Positions 1 to 9,978 of a DNA stretch of 50,570 nucleotides are shown here, in pieces. The notes beneath the pieces were generated by a model. It worked only from the letters and a program-made list of their open reading frames with translations, made no database searches and was not told where the DNA came from. A program made the position numbers and the translations under genes. The stretch comes from Bdellovibrionota bacterium (GTDB lineage Bacteria > Bdellovibrionota_C > UBA2361 > OMIW01), in NCBI GenBank assembly GCA_044345055.1, contig JBIJBT010000007.1, forward strand, positions 1 through 50,570, in the 5' to 3' direction. Position 1 is the stretch's first letter. The number at the start of each line of letters is the position of its first letter.

Positions 1-539
1 GCCTTTCGAGAGCAGGTCAATCCCTTTATGCCAGCCTCAGAGGCGAATGAGAGAACGGGAGCGCTTTCGTTATCTGAGATTATGGTGCTGATGCGGTACG
101 GGCCTTGGTTATTTATCAACGCCCGAGCGTTTGATCCTCGTCCCGATGCGAGAATTACGACCGATGGAGTTTTTGCTGGAGCTATCTCCTCGGCGAGCCA
201 TCGCCCATACATGGCTCCAAAATTTGCATTAATCTCAATAATCGCCGGGATTTCGTAGGGATGAAGCTCTATAATCCTTCGTCGCAGATAGGGGAGCGCG
301 TCTTGGGTGGTTTTAAACTGAATTTGAACCTCTTGCTCCATCGCTACGGCATCGTTCCAACGATAAACGGAGCTAATAGCGGGTATTATTGCAACACAAC
401 CAGAGAGCCGTTCCTCAACACAGATTTTTGCCAATCGTTCTGCATCAGCCGCTGAGGGAACGGTTGTAACGAGAAGAGCACCGGAGCTGCGATCCGTTTG
501 TTTTTGTTCAGTGGAGCGGAATTCAGGGATGGTGCTCAT
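1..539 (-). CDS. cutA-purN: CutA (divalent-cation tolerance, PII-like) fused in frame to PurN-like phosphoribosylglycinamide formyltransferase; runs off the left edge
   Basis: Manual translation from ATG 539 has no stop: ...LLVTTVPSAADAERLAKICVEERLSGCVAIIPAISSVYRW...EVQIQFKTT...IIELHPYEIPAII...YGRWL (CutA), then VVILASGRGSNARALI...IISDNESAPVLSFASEAGI (PurN N-terminus, SGxGSN loop). Confidence 0.85.
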   Translation of the reverse strand, partial: MSTIPEFRSTEQKQTDRSSGALLVTTVPSAADAERLAKICVEERLSGCVAIIPAISSVYRWNDAVAMEQEVQIQFKTTQDALPYLRRRIIELHPYEIPAIIEINANFGAMYGRWLAEEIAPAKTPSVVILASGRGSNARALINNQGPYRISTIISDNESAPVLSFASEAGIKGLTCSRK

Positions 540-682
540 GGGCGGTTTTTAGAATAGGATTCAGAGGTCGTTTGTTTAGCCGATAATTAATCGGTTTGGC
601 AGATGGTACTGTTTTCAGTTACAGTAGGCCACCAATCGGGCATAGCGGTATAGATAAAATCATTGAAAGAAAGCGACTCTGT

Positions 683-1459
683 ATGAGACAAATTGTTCCA
701 ATTATCAGTGGCAAAGGTGGCGTCGGCAAGTCGACTGTAGCGGTAAATCTCGCGGTGTCGTTGGCGCAGCGGGGGCTAAAGGTGGGCCTTATTGATAGCG
801 ATTTCTATGGGCCGAGTGTCCCGACTCTGCTCGGTGGTGGAACGCTCTCGATGGACCACGAAGGAAAGATGATTCCTCCCGTTAAATTCGGGGTGAAATA
901 TATGTCGCTCGGGTTTTTCCTGAGCAACCCTGATGATGCGGTAATCTGGCGCGGGCCGATGTTTGGTAAGGCGCTTCATCAACTTTTTCACGATGTAAAT
1001 TGGGGTGCAATCGATATTTGCATCGTCGATATGCCGCCAGGTACAGGGGATGCGCAGCTCTCCCTTGCTCAGATGGTTACCCTCGCGGGAGCAGTTGTTG
1101 TTACCACCCCGCAAGAAGTTGCCTTGGCAGATGTACGAAAATCGATCAGCATGTTGCGCAAAGTCAATGTGCCGGTGCTCGGTATCGTTGAAAATATGGC
1201 GGGGTACCGATTGGCTGATGGGTCGGTAGTGCCGATTTTTGGAGAGGGTGGAGGCAAACGGACTGCTGACTCGTGCGGTGTGCCGCTATTTGCTTCAATT
1301 CCCCTTGACACAACGATTCGAGAGGGAGGAGATGTCGGCTCACCCGCAGCGCAGCAGTCCGAGACGGTTCCGGGGAGCTACTTCTCTGAGATCGCCGAAC
1401 AATTGCTGGCGGCGTTGGCAGCACGTGCCGAAGAGGCGCCACCTCAGATTATTAGTTAG
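683..1459 (+). CDS. mrp: Mrp/ApbC/NBP35 Fe-S cluster carrier ATPase
   Basis: SGKGGVGKST, DSDFYGPS, WRGPM, DMPPGTGD, VTTPQ and VENM motifs; ATG 683 chosen as start. Confidence 0.92.
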   Translation: MRQIVPIISGKGGVGKSTVAVNLAVSLAQRGLKVGLIDSDFYGPSVPTLLGGGTLSMDHEGKMIPPVKFGVKYMSLGFFLSNPDDAVIWRGPMFGKALHQLFHDVNWGAIDICIVDMPPGTGDAQLSLAQMVTLAGAVVVTTPQEVALADVRKSISMLRKVNVPVLGIVENMAGYRLADGSVVPIFGEGGGKRTADSCGVPLFASIPLDTTIREGGDVGSPAAQQSETVPGSYFSEIAEQLLAALAARAEEAPPQIIS

Positions 1460-1586
1460 TTGCTGTTAGGTGAGGTGATACCAAGCGGGGCGATAATCAA
1501 CTTTTTCTTTTCTCTAAAATGGTAGGTGTCGTTCATATATAAAAGCCGTGACTGTCTACCACTAGTTTCCACACAAGAGTGTTCCA

Positions 1587-2054
1587 ATGTTCTACTTCAT
1601 TCTCTCCATTCATGTGCTCCTCTGCTTTGTCCTTATCGGGCTTGTTCTCCTTCAGCAGGGTAAGGGTGCCGATTTGGGAGCGGCGCTGGGAGGGGGTAGT
1701 AATTCCCTTTTTGGAGCTGGCGGAGCTACGGCGTTTGTAGTTAAGGCTACAACTGTCTCAGCTGTGCTCTTCATGGTGACCTCGATCCTGTTGATAAAAT
1801 ATTACGGCCCAGCAGAGTCGGTGGCGGGAACACCAGCTGAACGGCTTGAAGGATCGCTCATGAAAGAGGCGGTCGAGCGGGCGCAGCAGCCAGTTGCTAC
1901 GACTGAGGGGGCTGCACCAGAGGGGACAGCGGCTGCGGTCGAAACGGTTATTCCAGCTGATAAAACTCCGGAAGCTGTAAATACAGCGGCGGTAGCGGTC
2001 CCAGCAGCGGCCGAAGCTCCTAAAGCTGCAAATTCAACGGCAACAGCTAATTAA
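1587..2054 (+). CDS. secG: Preprotein translocase subunit SecG with long Ala/Glu-rich tail
   Basis: VLLQQGKGADLGAALGGG..SLFG motif between two TM helices. Confidence 0.93.
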   Translation: MFYFILSIHVLLCFVLIGLVLLQQGKGADLGAALGGGSNSLFGAGGATAFVVKATTVSAVLFMVTSILLIKYYGPAESVAGTPAERLEGSLMKEAVERAQQPVATTEGAAPEGTAAAVETVIPADKTPEAVNTAAVAVPAAAEAPKAANSTATAN

Positions 2055-2869
2055 TCCTTGTTTTTATCAGACGGTCCAGCAGCTTTGGACGTGGTTTCCT
2101 GAGCCACCGTTGGAACAGGGGTCGCTGTGGGGGTTAGTCCCTGCTGAATTAACTGTTGCAGAGCCTCTATAGGAATGGGGGTCGGACGTGTGGCGCTAAG
2201 TGCTCGTTGATCAGAGTTCGGCGTGTAGGTCCCTATTACAGGCTCTCGACCAATTGCACCTGAAGAGGACCCGATTATGGGTGCAACGGGGCGGCTCGGT
2301 TGGTTTCGGGGAGCTCTTATTACTACCCTTTTGCTTGATTTTGGTGCTCGTTTTTTTTGCGGTGTGTGGAAGGTTTGCGCATGGTGCGTGTGGGACGATA
2401 TTGTCGGAGTTGGCGTTGGTTGTGGAGGAAGCTGAAAGTTAGTTAAGCGTCCATTTACCAGAAAGACTGGTGCTGCTCCTGGGAAAATACCGAGCTTCCT
2501 GACTGTCAAAAATTGGCGGCGAGATAGCGTAAAAGGCCCTCGAATCATCCAATCATTATTTCCAGTACCGGTGTCGATGCTATCTGCGAAATACGTTTGT
2601 CGATAGCGAAGATATATGAGCTGAAATGAATTGCGGTTTATAAGCTCGATCGCATCTGGTCCCCCCCGTTGCACAAAAAGTTCACGAATAGATCTTCCTT
2701 GAGAGAGCTGCTCGCCAAGAAACTGATTGGCCCCCAAAAATGGATTAGTTGCGCTTAAAGGAAGTGGGCCTTTGCCGACAAGCGGGTTGGAGGAACCCGT
2801 GAGGCATCCAGCAACTAGAATGCACAAAGTGGCGATGCCGATTGTGTGCCTAACGATCCGAGGTGTCAT
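2051..2869 (-). CDS. Hypothetical lipoprotein with Pro/Thr-rich and basic C-terminal region
   Basis: 272-aa ORF; hydrophobic signal ending in LVAGC lipobox. Confidence 0.6.
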   Translation of the reverse strand: MTPRIVRHTIGIATLCILVAGCLTGSSNPLVGKGPLPLSATNPFLGANQFLGEQLSQGRSIRELFVQRGGPDAIELINRNSFQLIYLRYRQTYFADSIDTGTGNNDWMIRGPFTLSRRQFLTVRKLGIFPGAAPVFLVNGRLTNFQLPPQPTPTPTISSHTHHAQTFHTPQKKRAPKSSKRVVIRAPRNQPSRPVAPIIGSSSGAIGREPVIGTYTPNSDQRALSATRPTPIPIEALQQLIQQGLTPTATPVPTVAQETTSKAAGPSDKNKD

Positions 2870-3164
2870 TTGTAGTATCAGCAGAAGGTACGCTTAGTTT
2901 TTGCGGCACGAGCCTTTTTACGGAGTGGGACGAGATACTGTCGTTTTGATGCTGCCGATCGACCCAAGGATGCCCATGTTGGCGATTCTTTGTTCTAATT
3001 GCTGGAATTGTCGGTCAAACTGAACTCATGAGCAGAATTAGGAAGAACGGAGGGTAAAATCAGAGGGAAAAGGAAGGGCTTGACTTTACTAATGCTTACT
3101 CGGCCTACAGTATGCGATACTGCAGGTGATACGGTGTCTTGCCTCTACATTCTTCTTGCCGAGT

Positions 3165-4046
3165 ATGGAAATACGATGCTTCAGCGCCTGGGATTATCTT
3201 CGTGATATCGTCCGTGCGCTTGAAAAAGGGGATTCACTCGTGGGGGAGTCGCTCGTGTGTGAAATACCTGGCTCTCCTGCGACCGATCCAGTTCGCGATC
3301 CTCTAGCTCTTCTTGGGCTTAGCCGTGAGATCATCAGAGAGCTTCGGCCCTTCAGTCCTACCGTTATTTTGGCTGGAATCAATCCTGAAACGATTCCGAT
3401 GGAGGTAGTCCGGGCCCGTTTGAAGATGGAATGGGGACATTCGGTTCGGGTGGTCGGATATGCGCCGCAGAGCCTAAACGCTATTTTCTCCGGAATTAAA
3501 TCGATAGGGAGATCGCTTGAGTGTCCTGGTGTAGCTCTTGGTGTAAGTGAAAGGCTTCGGTCGCAGCTATTGGACTGGGCTGATAGTTTTTATGAGCGAA
3601 TTCGAAATAAGCGGGTTGTGTTTCTCAGCAGCATTGACCCGTTGATGGTCGCAGGTCAGTGGGTTGGTGATCTTATTCGATTTGCCTCTGCTCACCCTCT
3701 CTACTGGGCAGGAGAGAGTTTTTACAAAGTCGTCAACTGGAGTGATATTCGGGCCTTTTCGCCCGATGTTTTGATCGTTGCTCCTACCGGTGCATCGCTT
3801 TCAGCTTCCATGTCGTGCTTGCCGCAATTAGAGGCGCTACCGGGTTGGGATACTCTTCCTGCTGTTAAGAGGGGCGAGGTTATATTTTGCGATGGGGTGA
3901 ACCATTTTTATGAGCCAGGGCTTGGAATTCGGGAGTCAGCGGCGATTCTTTTCTCAGCGATCGCCGGTTTTGATAGCGGTTATATTACCCCCCGTGATAT
4001 CTTCCGGCGGCTCAGATGGGTTGAATTGCGGCGGGGCCAGTGGTAG
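3165..4046 (+). CDS. BtuF/TroA-like helical-backbone binding protein without signal peptide
   Basis: IDPLMVAGQWVGDLI..., WSDIRAFSPDVLIVAPTG, PGWDTLPAVKRGEV..DG..HF..PG match the cobalamin-binding-like family; start uncertain (3126 or 3165). Confidence 0.65.
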   Translation: MEIRCFSAWDYLRDIVRALEKGDSLVGESLVCEIPGSPATDPVRDPLALLGLSREIIRELRPFSPTVILAGINPETIPMEVVRARLKMEWGHSVRVVGYAPQSLNAIFSGIKSIGRSLECPGVALGVSERLRSQLLDWADSFYERIRNKRVVFLSSIDPLMVAGQWVGDLIRFASAHPLYWAGESFYKVVNWSDIRAFSPDVLIVAPTGASLSASMSCLPQLEALPGWDTLPAVKRGEVIFCDGVNHFYEPGLGIRESAAILFSAIAGFDSGYITPRDIFRRLRWVELRRGQW

Positions 4047-4079
4047 GGAAAAAAAGGTAGAAGGGGTAGGCTTGAGATT

Positions 4080-4520
4080 ATGCAAACTGATCAGCAGATA
4101 AAATCTGAACCACCGATAGGTTGGCTGACCTTTAATGGAGAAAAGGATACCGAGCTCGAGGAACGGGTCTGTACCCGTCTGTCGAAAGCAATCTCTGAAG
4201 GTTCCTTTAAATCGGATGATCTCGATTATCTTCAACGGTACGAGCTTGCTCTTCTTAATAATTCCGTCAACCTTTCAGATAACCAACTCGAACTTCTCCG
4301 AAAACTGACAGCCTCCTGGGACCTTAAGGGACCACCGCAAAACATTACATCTCATCGTCCCCTTGTCGGAAAATTTATCGTCCTTGCAAAACGATTACTC
4401 TTTCCGCTAGTAAGGGCAGCACTCAAGGATGAACTCAATCAACAACGAGCATTCAATGGCGCGGTGATTGAGTTTTTGGCGGCTTCGGTGGGGAAGCAGG
4501 AGCGGGAAATGGGAGGATAA
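4080..4520 (+). CDS. Hypothetical protein with SHRP..G..I...KR...QQ..FN helical motif
   Basis: 146-aa ORF in the same orientation as its neighbours. Confidence 0.6.
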   Translation: MQTDQQIKSEPPIGWLTFNGEKDTELEERVCTRLSKAISEGSFKSDDLDYLQRYELALLNNSVNLSDNQLELLRKLTASWDLKGPPQNITSHRPLVGKFIVLAKRLLFPLVRAALKDELNQQRAFNGAVIEFLAASVGKQEREMGG

Positions 4521-4624
4521 GAGATAGTCGGATGGAGTTTATTTTTTGCAGTTATTAGGGGGGAATTGGCCCGTTGATGCCATTTTGCTGGGAGGTATCG
4601 CCATAGTTGGGTTGATTTGGAGGT

Positions 4625-5185
4625 TTGGTTTGGGGTAGGCTCGGACCGCATTGCAGGTTTTTTGTTTTGGACCCTATTTTTTTTGACCTTTGGAGGTCAG
4701 TCGAAGGTATCCTTCTCTGGAGGATACCTGTGTATTGCGTCTTGGCTTTAGCCGAGGCGTGGAGCACGATCCTGATCATAACCGGGATCCTACTGGTTCT
4801 CGGTCTTTCTGGAAGGTTGGGTTCCGCTGGGTGGATACTTTGGGGGCTTGCGATAGTCGCCTACCTGGCGCTATTGGGCTCTTTGAGCATCACCCTAGTG
4901 ACGGTGCCCTTTCCATCAAGGCCGAGGGAGCGGTGGATTAGCCTATCAATCGAGCGGCTCCTTCCGGCTGAACGTCAGGAGTTCAGAACAGCTGCTGAAC
5001 GGATATCCGATTCAGCTCCTTTCGCTGCCTTACTTGGGTGGCGCCTTACAGTCGAGGCTCATCTCTGGAGATATGATCGGGGATATCCCGAAGAAGTTCT
5101 CTCAAAGTGGGCCAAGCTGGGGGAGGGGAGCGTTGGTGAGCGGCTGAATGCAACAGCCGATTCTTACCAACAACTCTCGGAGTAA
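4625..5185 (+). CDS. Hypothetical membrane protein (about 3 TM segments)
   Basis: 186-aa ORF with hydrophobic stretches; start uncertain. Confidence 0.45.
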   Translation: MVWGRLGPHCRFFVLDPIFFDLWRSVEGILLWRIPVYCVLALAEAWSTILIITGILLVLGLSGRLGSAGWILWGLAIVAYLALLGSLSITLVTVPFPSRPRERWISLSIERLLPAERQEFRTAAERISDSAPFAALLGWRLTVEAHLWRYDRGYPEEVLSKWAKLGEGSVGERLNATADSYQQLSE

Positions 5186-5255
5186 AGGTGCAGCTCAGGT
5201 CCCATTTCTCAATTGGGGTGACAAGCGCTCAGCGCCTCACCCCAAATTTTTTTCA

Positions 5256-7319
5256 TCAAATCCGCTCAGGACATTCAATCGCACAGATCTTCAGACCGTT
5301 CTCTAGTACTGTCTGTACAGCCTTGGTGATTACCAGCCTGTGTTCATGGACCACGTCCCCCTTAATTACAGGAAACGATGCATAGTAGCTGTTATAGCTC
5401 CGCGAGAGGTCGAGAAGGTATTGAGCGAGGACTGATGGGGAATCGGTTCTTGCTGCTTCGGCTAGCTTTTGTGGGTAAAGACTTAGCTCTTTGATAAGTT
5501 CAATCTCTGCTGGGTCAAGCTCTAGAGCTCCTGGGCATTCGGTAATTGCAGGAACTGCTTTACCCCATTTGCGGATGATGCTTCGGGCGCGGCACGCTGT
5601 ATAAACTACATACGCGCCTCCTGAGCGCTCGAACTCTTCGTGCATCTTGCGGAGGTCTTCCTGAACTTCAACCGGGTACCGCTTATCTTTTTTGATATCG
5701 TTGAAGATAATTGAACCCACCCCAAGTTGGTGCGCAATTTTGTCAGTCTCTGCCTCCGAAAATCCCGCTTCCGCGCCGTATTTATCTTTAAAATAGCGCA
5801 CCGTTGAGGAGAGAAGCTCTTCTACTCCTGATGAGCCGTGGCGGCTTGAGAGCTTCTTTTTGGTTGATGCGTCTATATAGCTTTCGTGCGCAACGTGAAC
5901 CAGCTCAACTGACTTGTTGCAGAGATGAAGTTGGCGAGCCGCTGCAAAAAGCTGCGCGAAATGCTCATTTTGTTCAACGCCGACCTCGTACACAATTCGG
6001 CGCGGAGAAAATGTTAATGCCCGAAATCGGATCGCCTCTAGGTCTCGGGATGTGTAAATTGAAACACCATCAGCTCGCAATATTACGACCCGTTCGCGAT
6101 CGGAGAGGGGTACCACCGTTGCGCCGATATCTTGTCTAGCTTCTTTTACGAGGGTTTCAAAGAGTGGTTGCGCTATTTCTTCGCGGGCAAGCTGGTCGGC
6201 AAAGCGGCTCTCTACTGTTGCTGCGTGCTCTGCGGTCCACACCACCGCGGCCCCCGATGTAACGGCATCGCGGATAAGAGAGAGCGCTCCTGGAAGATAG
6301 AACGATTCTCCAAGAACAAAGTCGATCGAAACCCCGAGAATATCGTAGAACCGCTGAAACTCCTCAAGACTCCAAGAGACAAAAATCGCCCAGGTTGAAA
6401 CGGTGTCAGGGTCTCCCCGTTCGAGTAACTCCTGAATCGCGGTTGATTCCTCTTTATAGCCAGCAAAAGCTTTGAGGAAGGCTTCTGCGGAGTCGGCTTC
6501 TGGGAAACAGGCTCGAATTTGGTCTCGCGTGGAGGAAAAAAGAGGCTCGGATGCTCCACCATCGAAAACTTTTTGAAGGGAACGGAAAATCAGATATAGC
6601 GCGGCGAGCTGTTGCCCCTTTGTTTTATCAGCAGGAAGAAGATTACTCCATCTCCGATATCCCGCGATAAGATAACCAACTCCGCCAAGGTCATTAACAT
6701 GATTGGTACGGTACACATATCCGCCGACCGCTTCGTAGAGATTGGAGAGGATGTGACCAATTATTGTCGAGCGAATATGTCCGGCGTGGAGGTTCTTGGC
6801 GAGATTTGGGCTTGAATAATCAACAACGATGCCGTTGCCCCGCCAAAGATCGCTCTCGCCATATCGAGGGCCCGCCGCAATAATCTCCGTCAGAAAAGAT
6901 GCGATCCGCTCACTGGTGAGTCTTAGATTAATGTATATGCCCTTAACGGCAACCCCAGCAAAAAGCTCCCGCGTCCGCTCGTCACTCGCGAGTGTGGCGG
7001 TGATCTGGGGGATCGTTGTTTGCATATAAGGGGCGCTTCCCTGCTCTTTAAGAAGTCGTGGCAATTTTAGGCATAGGTCATCGCCAAATTTTTTCCGTGC
7101 GATGACGGTTAGTTCGACCTCAGGTTCGTTGAGCACGGCGCGAAGGAGTTCGGTAATTGCAGGCAGTGCATACGAAGAAAACGGGGTGTATCCCAGTGCA
7201 TCACGTCTAGCCTCAACAGCAGATTTTTTCTCAAGCGCATCCACTAAGAGGTTTGCATTGTGGGCGATGAGGTGGTTGGGGGTGTAGTGGTTGCTTGGGG
7301 TTGGTGTGTTGGGATTCAT
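5256..7319 (-). CDS. argS: Arginine--tRNA ligase
   Basis: VDYSSPNLAKNLHAGHIRSTIIG (HIGH), GESFY, Y.SRDL, KLSSRHG, C-terminal anticodon-binding domain ending PERI. Confidence 0.95.
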   Translation of the reverse strand: MNPNTPTPSNHYTPNHLIAHNANLLVDALEKKSAVEARRDALGYTPFSSYALPAITELLRAVLNEPEVELTVIARKKFGDDLCLKLPRLLKEQGSAPYMQTTIPQITATLASDERTRELFAGVAVKGIYINLRLTSERIASFLTEIIAAGPRYGESDLWRGNGIVVDYSSPNLAKNLHAGHIRSTIIGHILSNLYEAVGGYVYRTNHVNDLGGVGYLIAGYRRWSNLLPADKTKGQQLAALYLIFRSLQKVFDGGASEPLFSSTRDQIRACFPEADSAEAFLKAFAGYKEESTAIQELLERGDPDTVSTWAIFVSWSLEEFQRFYDILGVSIDFVLGESFYLPGALSLIRDAVTSGAAVVWTAEHAATVESRFADQLAREEIAQPLFETLVKEARQDIGATVVPLSDRERVVILRADGVSIYTSRDLEAIRFRALTFSPRRIVYEVGVEQNEHFAQLFAAARQLHLCNKSVELVHVAHESYIDASTKKKLSSRHGSSGVEELLSSTVRYFKDKYGAEAGFSEAETDKIAHQLGVGSIIFNDIKKDKRYPVEVQEDLRKMHEEFERSGGAYVVYTACRARSIIRKWGKAVPAITECPGALELDPAEIELIKELSLYPQKLAEAARTDSPSVLAQYLLDLSRSYNSYYASFPVIKGDVVHEHRLVITKAVQTVLENGLKICAIECPERI

Positions 7320-7589
7320 TGGGGTAAGTACCGGTAACACGGGGGAAATGCGGGGTTGGTTAGAGTTATATTGGGGACGGAGTCTAACATCGGATAAAAA
7401 AATGGGGGAGTGGGGAAAAATTTAAATGTAATCTTGCAGGAAGTTAGTGATTTGTTCTAGGTTCGGAGGGTTAGTTCGAATTTTTTATATTAAATGTTTA
7501 ACCAACTCAGCGAGCGAGAAAGAAAAAGTTCGTTTCTAGGAAACTCGTTGAGCAGGAATATGTAGACAGTTTAGTTAGGAGAATGAGGC

Positions 7590-8402
7590 ATGATGCAGGG
7601 GGCAGCGAGTAATCCGAATGGCGATGACCGGGAAATGGGACATCCAAGGTTTAATTTAAATCGACTAATGAAAGAAGGAAACATCCTCGATCAGAAAGTT
7701 GTTTTTCAATCAAGAATTGATTCGGCAGATTTAAAGGAACTGGTCAGCATTCTCCGCGAACTTTTTGAACATAACCGCACTCAACTGGGACAGTACGGAC
7801 TCGAGGGATTTAACGATTCTTTGCGAAATCGTGACTTGGGAAGAGTTAGGAGCACCATTCCTAGGCCAACAGAAGCCGCTAGGCCCCCGGGGGAGCATTT
7901 TACACCGAGGGAATTTGAGGCTTTATTGCAGGGATTTCTCCGGACTGCCTCATCTGAGCTCGAGAGTATACGAGGTTTTGCAACTCAAGTGAACAATTCG
8001 GTTTATGGCTTAGCTCGTATGACCAAACGGATCGAGCCTTTTGAGCGCGAGATACCATATGATTACTTCTCCGATGTCAGCCCGGAGGATCTGATCAAAT
8101 TAGCTAATTTCTATAGCTCAAAATCACCCGAGGCTCCGGTGCTTTATGAGGAGATGGTGGCTTATGTGGTTTCGGCCAATAATGAGAAGGATCGCCTGAT
8201 GATGGTCGGTGCTCTCGGCTCCATGGGGCAAAGTGATCCTTTTGAAAGTGTTCGTCGTCAGATTGCAGCTATTCAAGAAAAGGGAGACTCAGAGGATTTT
8301 CTTGAAGCAGCGGCGATTGCTTTGAAAATTTCCATAGATGGTCTTGATAGTGTTCGTCGACTAAGAGCTGGTGCCCTTCTTGCTGACGAGGACACCCCCT
8401 AA
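7590..8402 (+). CDS. Hypothetical all-alpha protein
   Basis: 270-aa ORF with AGGAG/GAGG RBS; 3 bp upstream of pdxH. Confidence 0.65.
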   Translation: MMQGAASNPNGDDREMGHPRFNLNRLMKEGNILDQKVVFQSRIDSADLKELVSILRELFEHNRTQLGQYGLEGFNDSLRNRDLGRVRSTIPRPTEAARPPGEHFTPREFEALLQGFLRTASSELESIRGFATQVNNSVYGLARMTKRIEPFEREIPYDYFSDVSPEDLIKLANFYSSKSPEAPVLYEEMVAYVVSANNEKDRLMMVGALGSMGQSDPFESVRRQIAAIQEKGDSEDFLEAAAIALKISIDGLDSVRRLRAGALLADEDTP

Positions 8403-8405
8403 ACC

Positions 8406-9059
8406 ATGCGCCACACCCTCCTCTTCATCCTCCGCCCATGGCTCTGGCTCTCCGGTCCACTTGCCGAGAGCCATCTTGATGAGGATCCGCTTCGGGAATT
8501 CTCTCGCTGGTTTCGACTCGCGCAGCGGTGTGTTTTTCTGGAGTTCCCGGATGGGATGGCGCTTTCTACCATAAACGAAGCAGGCCACCCTGAGGTCCGT
8601 TGGGTGCTTCTGAAAGGCTTTGATGAGAGAGGTTTTGTTTTCTTTACCAATAAAGAATCCCAGAAAGGTCGGGCCCTAACGCATCATCCGCATGCAGCGC
8701 TTGGATTTTTTTGGGATGCATTGCAGCGGCAGATTCGGGTTCAGGGGAGGGTTGAGGAGATCTCTGACGCCGAATCCGATGAATACTTTGCCACTCGCCC
8801 CCGAGGCAGCCAGCTTGGTGCCTGGGCATCAGAGCAAAGCCGCCCCCTCTCAGGTGCGGCGGAATTTTCGGCTCGACTAGAACAATTCGAAAAAAAATTC
8901 GCCCACTCTCCCGTTCCTCGTCCCCCACACTGGGGTGGATATCGTGTCGTTCCCGAGGTGATAGAATTCTGGAAAGCTCGCGCGAGCCGTCTTCACGACA
9001 GATTTGAGTACAGAAGATCCGCCGACGGAAGCTGGGAGAGAAGACAGCTCTATCCGTAA
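8406..9059 (+). CDS. pdxH: Pyridoxine/pyridoxamine 5'-phosphate oxidase
   Basis: VLLKG, FFTN..S.KG, RP..SQLGAWAS.QS, PRPPHWGGY, RLHDR. Confidence 0.95.
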   Translation: MRHTLLFILRPWLWLSGPLAESHLDEDPLREFSRWFRLAQRCVFLEFPDGMALSTINEAGHPEVRWVLLKGFDERGFVFFTNKESQKGRALTHHPHAALGFFWDALQRQIRVQGRVEEISDAESDEYFATRPRGSQLGAWASEQSRPLSGAAEFSARLEQFEKKFAHSPVPRPPHWGGYRVVPEVIEFWKARASRLHDRFEYRRSADGSWERRQLYP

Positions 9060-9246
9060 TGGAAGGGGTAAGATCTCACAATTTAAAAAAAATTACTCGC
9101 TAAGAGACTGCAAAACCTCACCATCACTTTTGTTAGTTTTCGATAAGCGCCGCACCTATCTAACCATACCCCAAGACACCTTCCACCACCCGTGCTAGCG
9201 TTCCCGTTAAGAGCTAATATCTTATTTTCGGGGAGGAACCATCGCC

Positions 9247-9978
9247 ATGCAGCGCCGCATTCTCGTTGTCGATGACGAGCAGGATATTCGTGATATTGTC
9301 TCTTTTTGTCTCCGCAAGGCGGGATATCGAGTCGATTCTGCTGCCTCTGCGGAGGAGGCGTTAGAGAAAATTCGTGAGTCGGTACCGGACCTTCTGGTTC
9401 TTGATGTGATGTTACCCGGGATGGATGGGCATCGGCTCTGCTCGGTTTTAAAACATCCTGAGACAAAGACTGATATTCCGATTCTGATGATCTCTGCGCG
9501 GGGTGAGGAGGCCGACATTATCGAGGGGTTTGATCGTGGTGCAGATGATTATGTGCAAAAGCCCTTTAGTCCGCGAATTCTTGAGGCGCGGGTGCGGAGC
9601 TTAATGCGGCGATTTTATCTCGAGCCCCACGACGATCTGAGGGTCCTACAAGTGGGACCATTTTATCTCGATCCCCGCCGTTTTGAAGCACGTGTAGAGG
9701 GGGAGCTATTATCACTTACTGCAACTGAGTGGCGTATTTTATACCTTTTTGCTGGACGGGTTGGGGTTGTATTTTCACGAAGCGATATCGTTGATCAGGT
9801 TCACGGTTCTGATTATCCGGTAACGGATCGATCTATTGATGTGCAAATTGTCGGGCTTCGAAAAAAATTGGGGGTTGCAGCAAACCTTATCGAGACGGTG
9901 CGGGGAGTTGGGTATCGGTTGCGGATCGCTGATTTGGCAACCGATCTCGAAGAGGGAAGTAAAGTTGAGGTTCGGTAA
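9247..9978 (+). CDS. phoB: OmpR-family response regulator, PhoB-like
   Basis: Receiver domain (VDDE, LDVMLP, GADDYV.KPF) plus winged-HTH (DRSIDVQI..LRKKL, ETVRGVGY); heads the pst genes. Confidence 0.85.
   Translation: MQRRILVVDDEQDIRDIVSFCLRKAGYRVDSAASAEEALEKIRESVPDLLVLDVMLPGMDGHRLCSVLKHPETKTDIPILMISARGEEADIIEGFDRGADDYVQKPFSPRILEARVRSLMRRFYLEPHDDLRVLQVGPFYLDPRRFEARVEGELLSLTATEWRILYLFAGRVGVVFSRSDIVDQVHGSDYPVTDRSIDVQIVGLRKKLGVAANLIETVRGVGYRLRIADLATDLEEGSKVEVR

Noticed and set aside
28..455. + strand ORFs 28..258 and 261..455
   Set aside because: Antisense shadows of the minus-strand cutA-purN frame
9060..9246. Pho boxes upstream of phoB
   Set aside because: No convincing 11-bp-period CTGTCAT or TTAACA repeats
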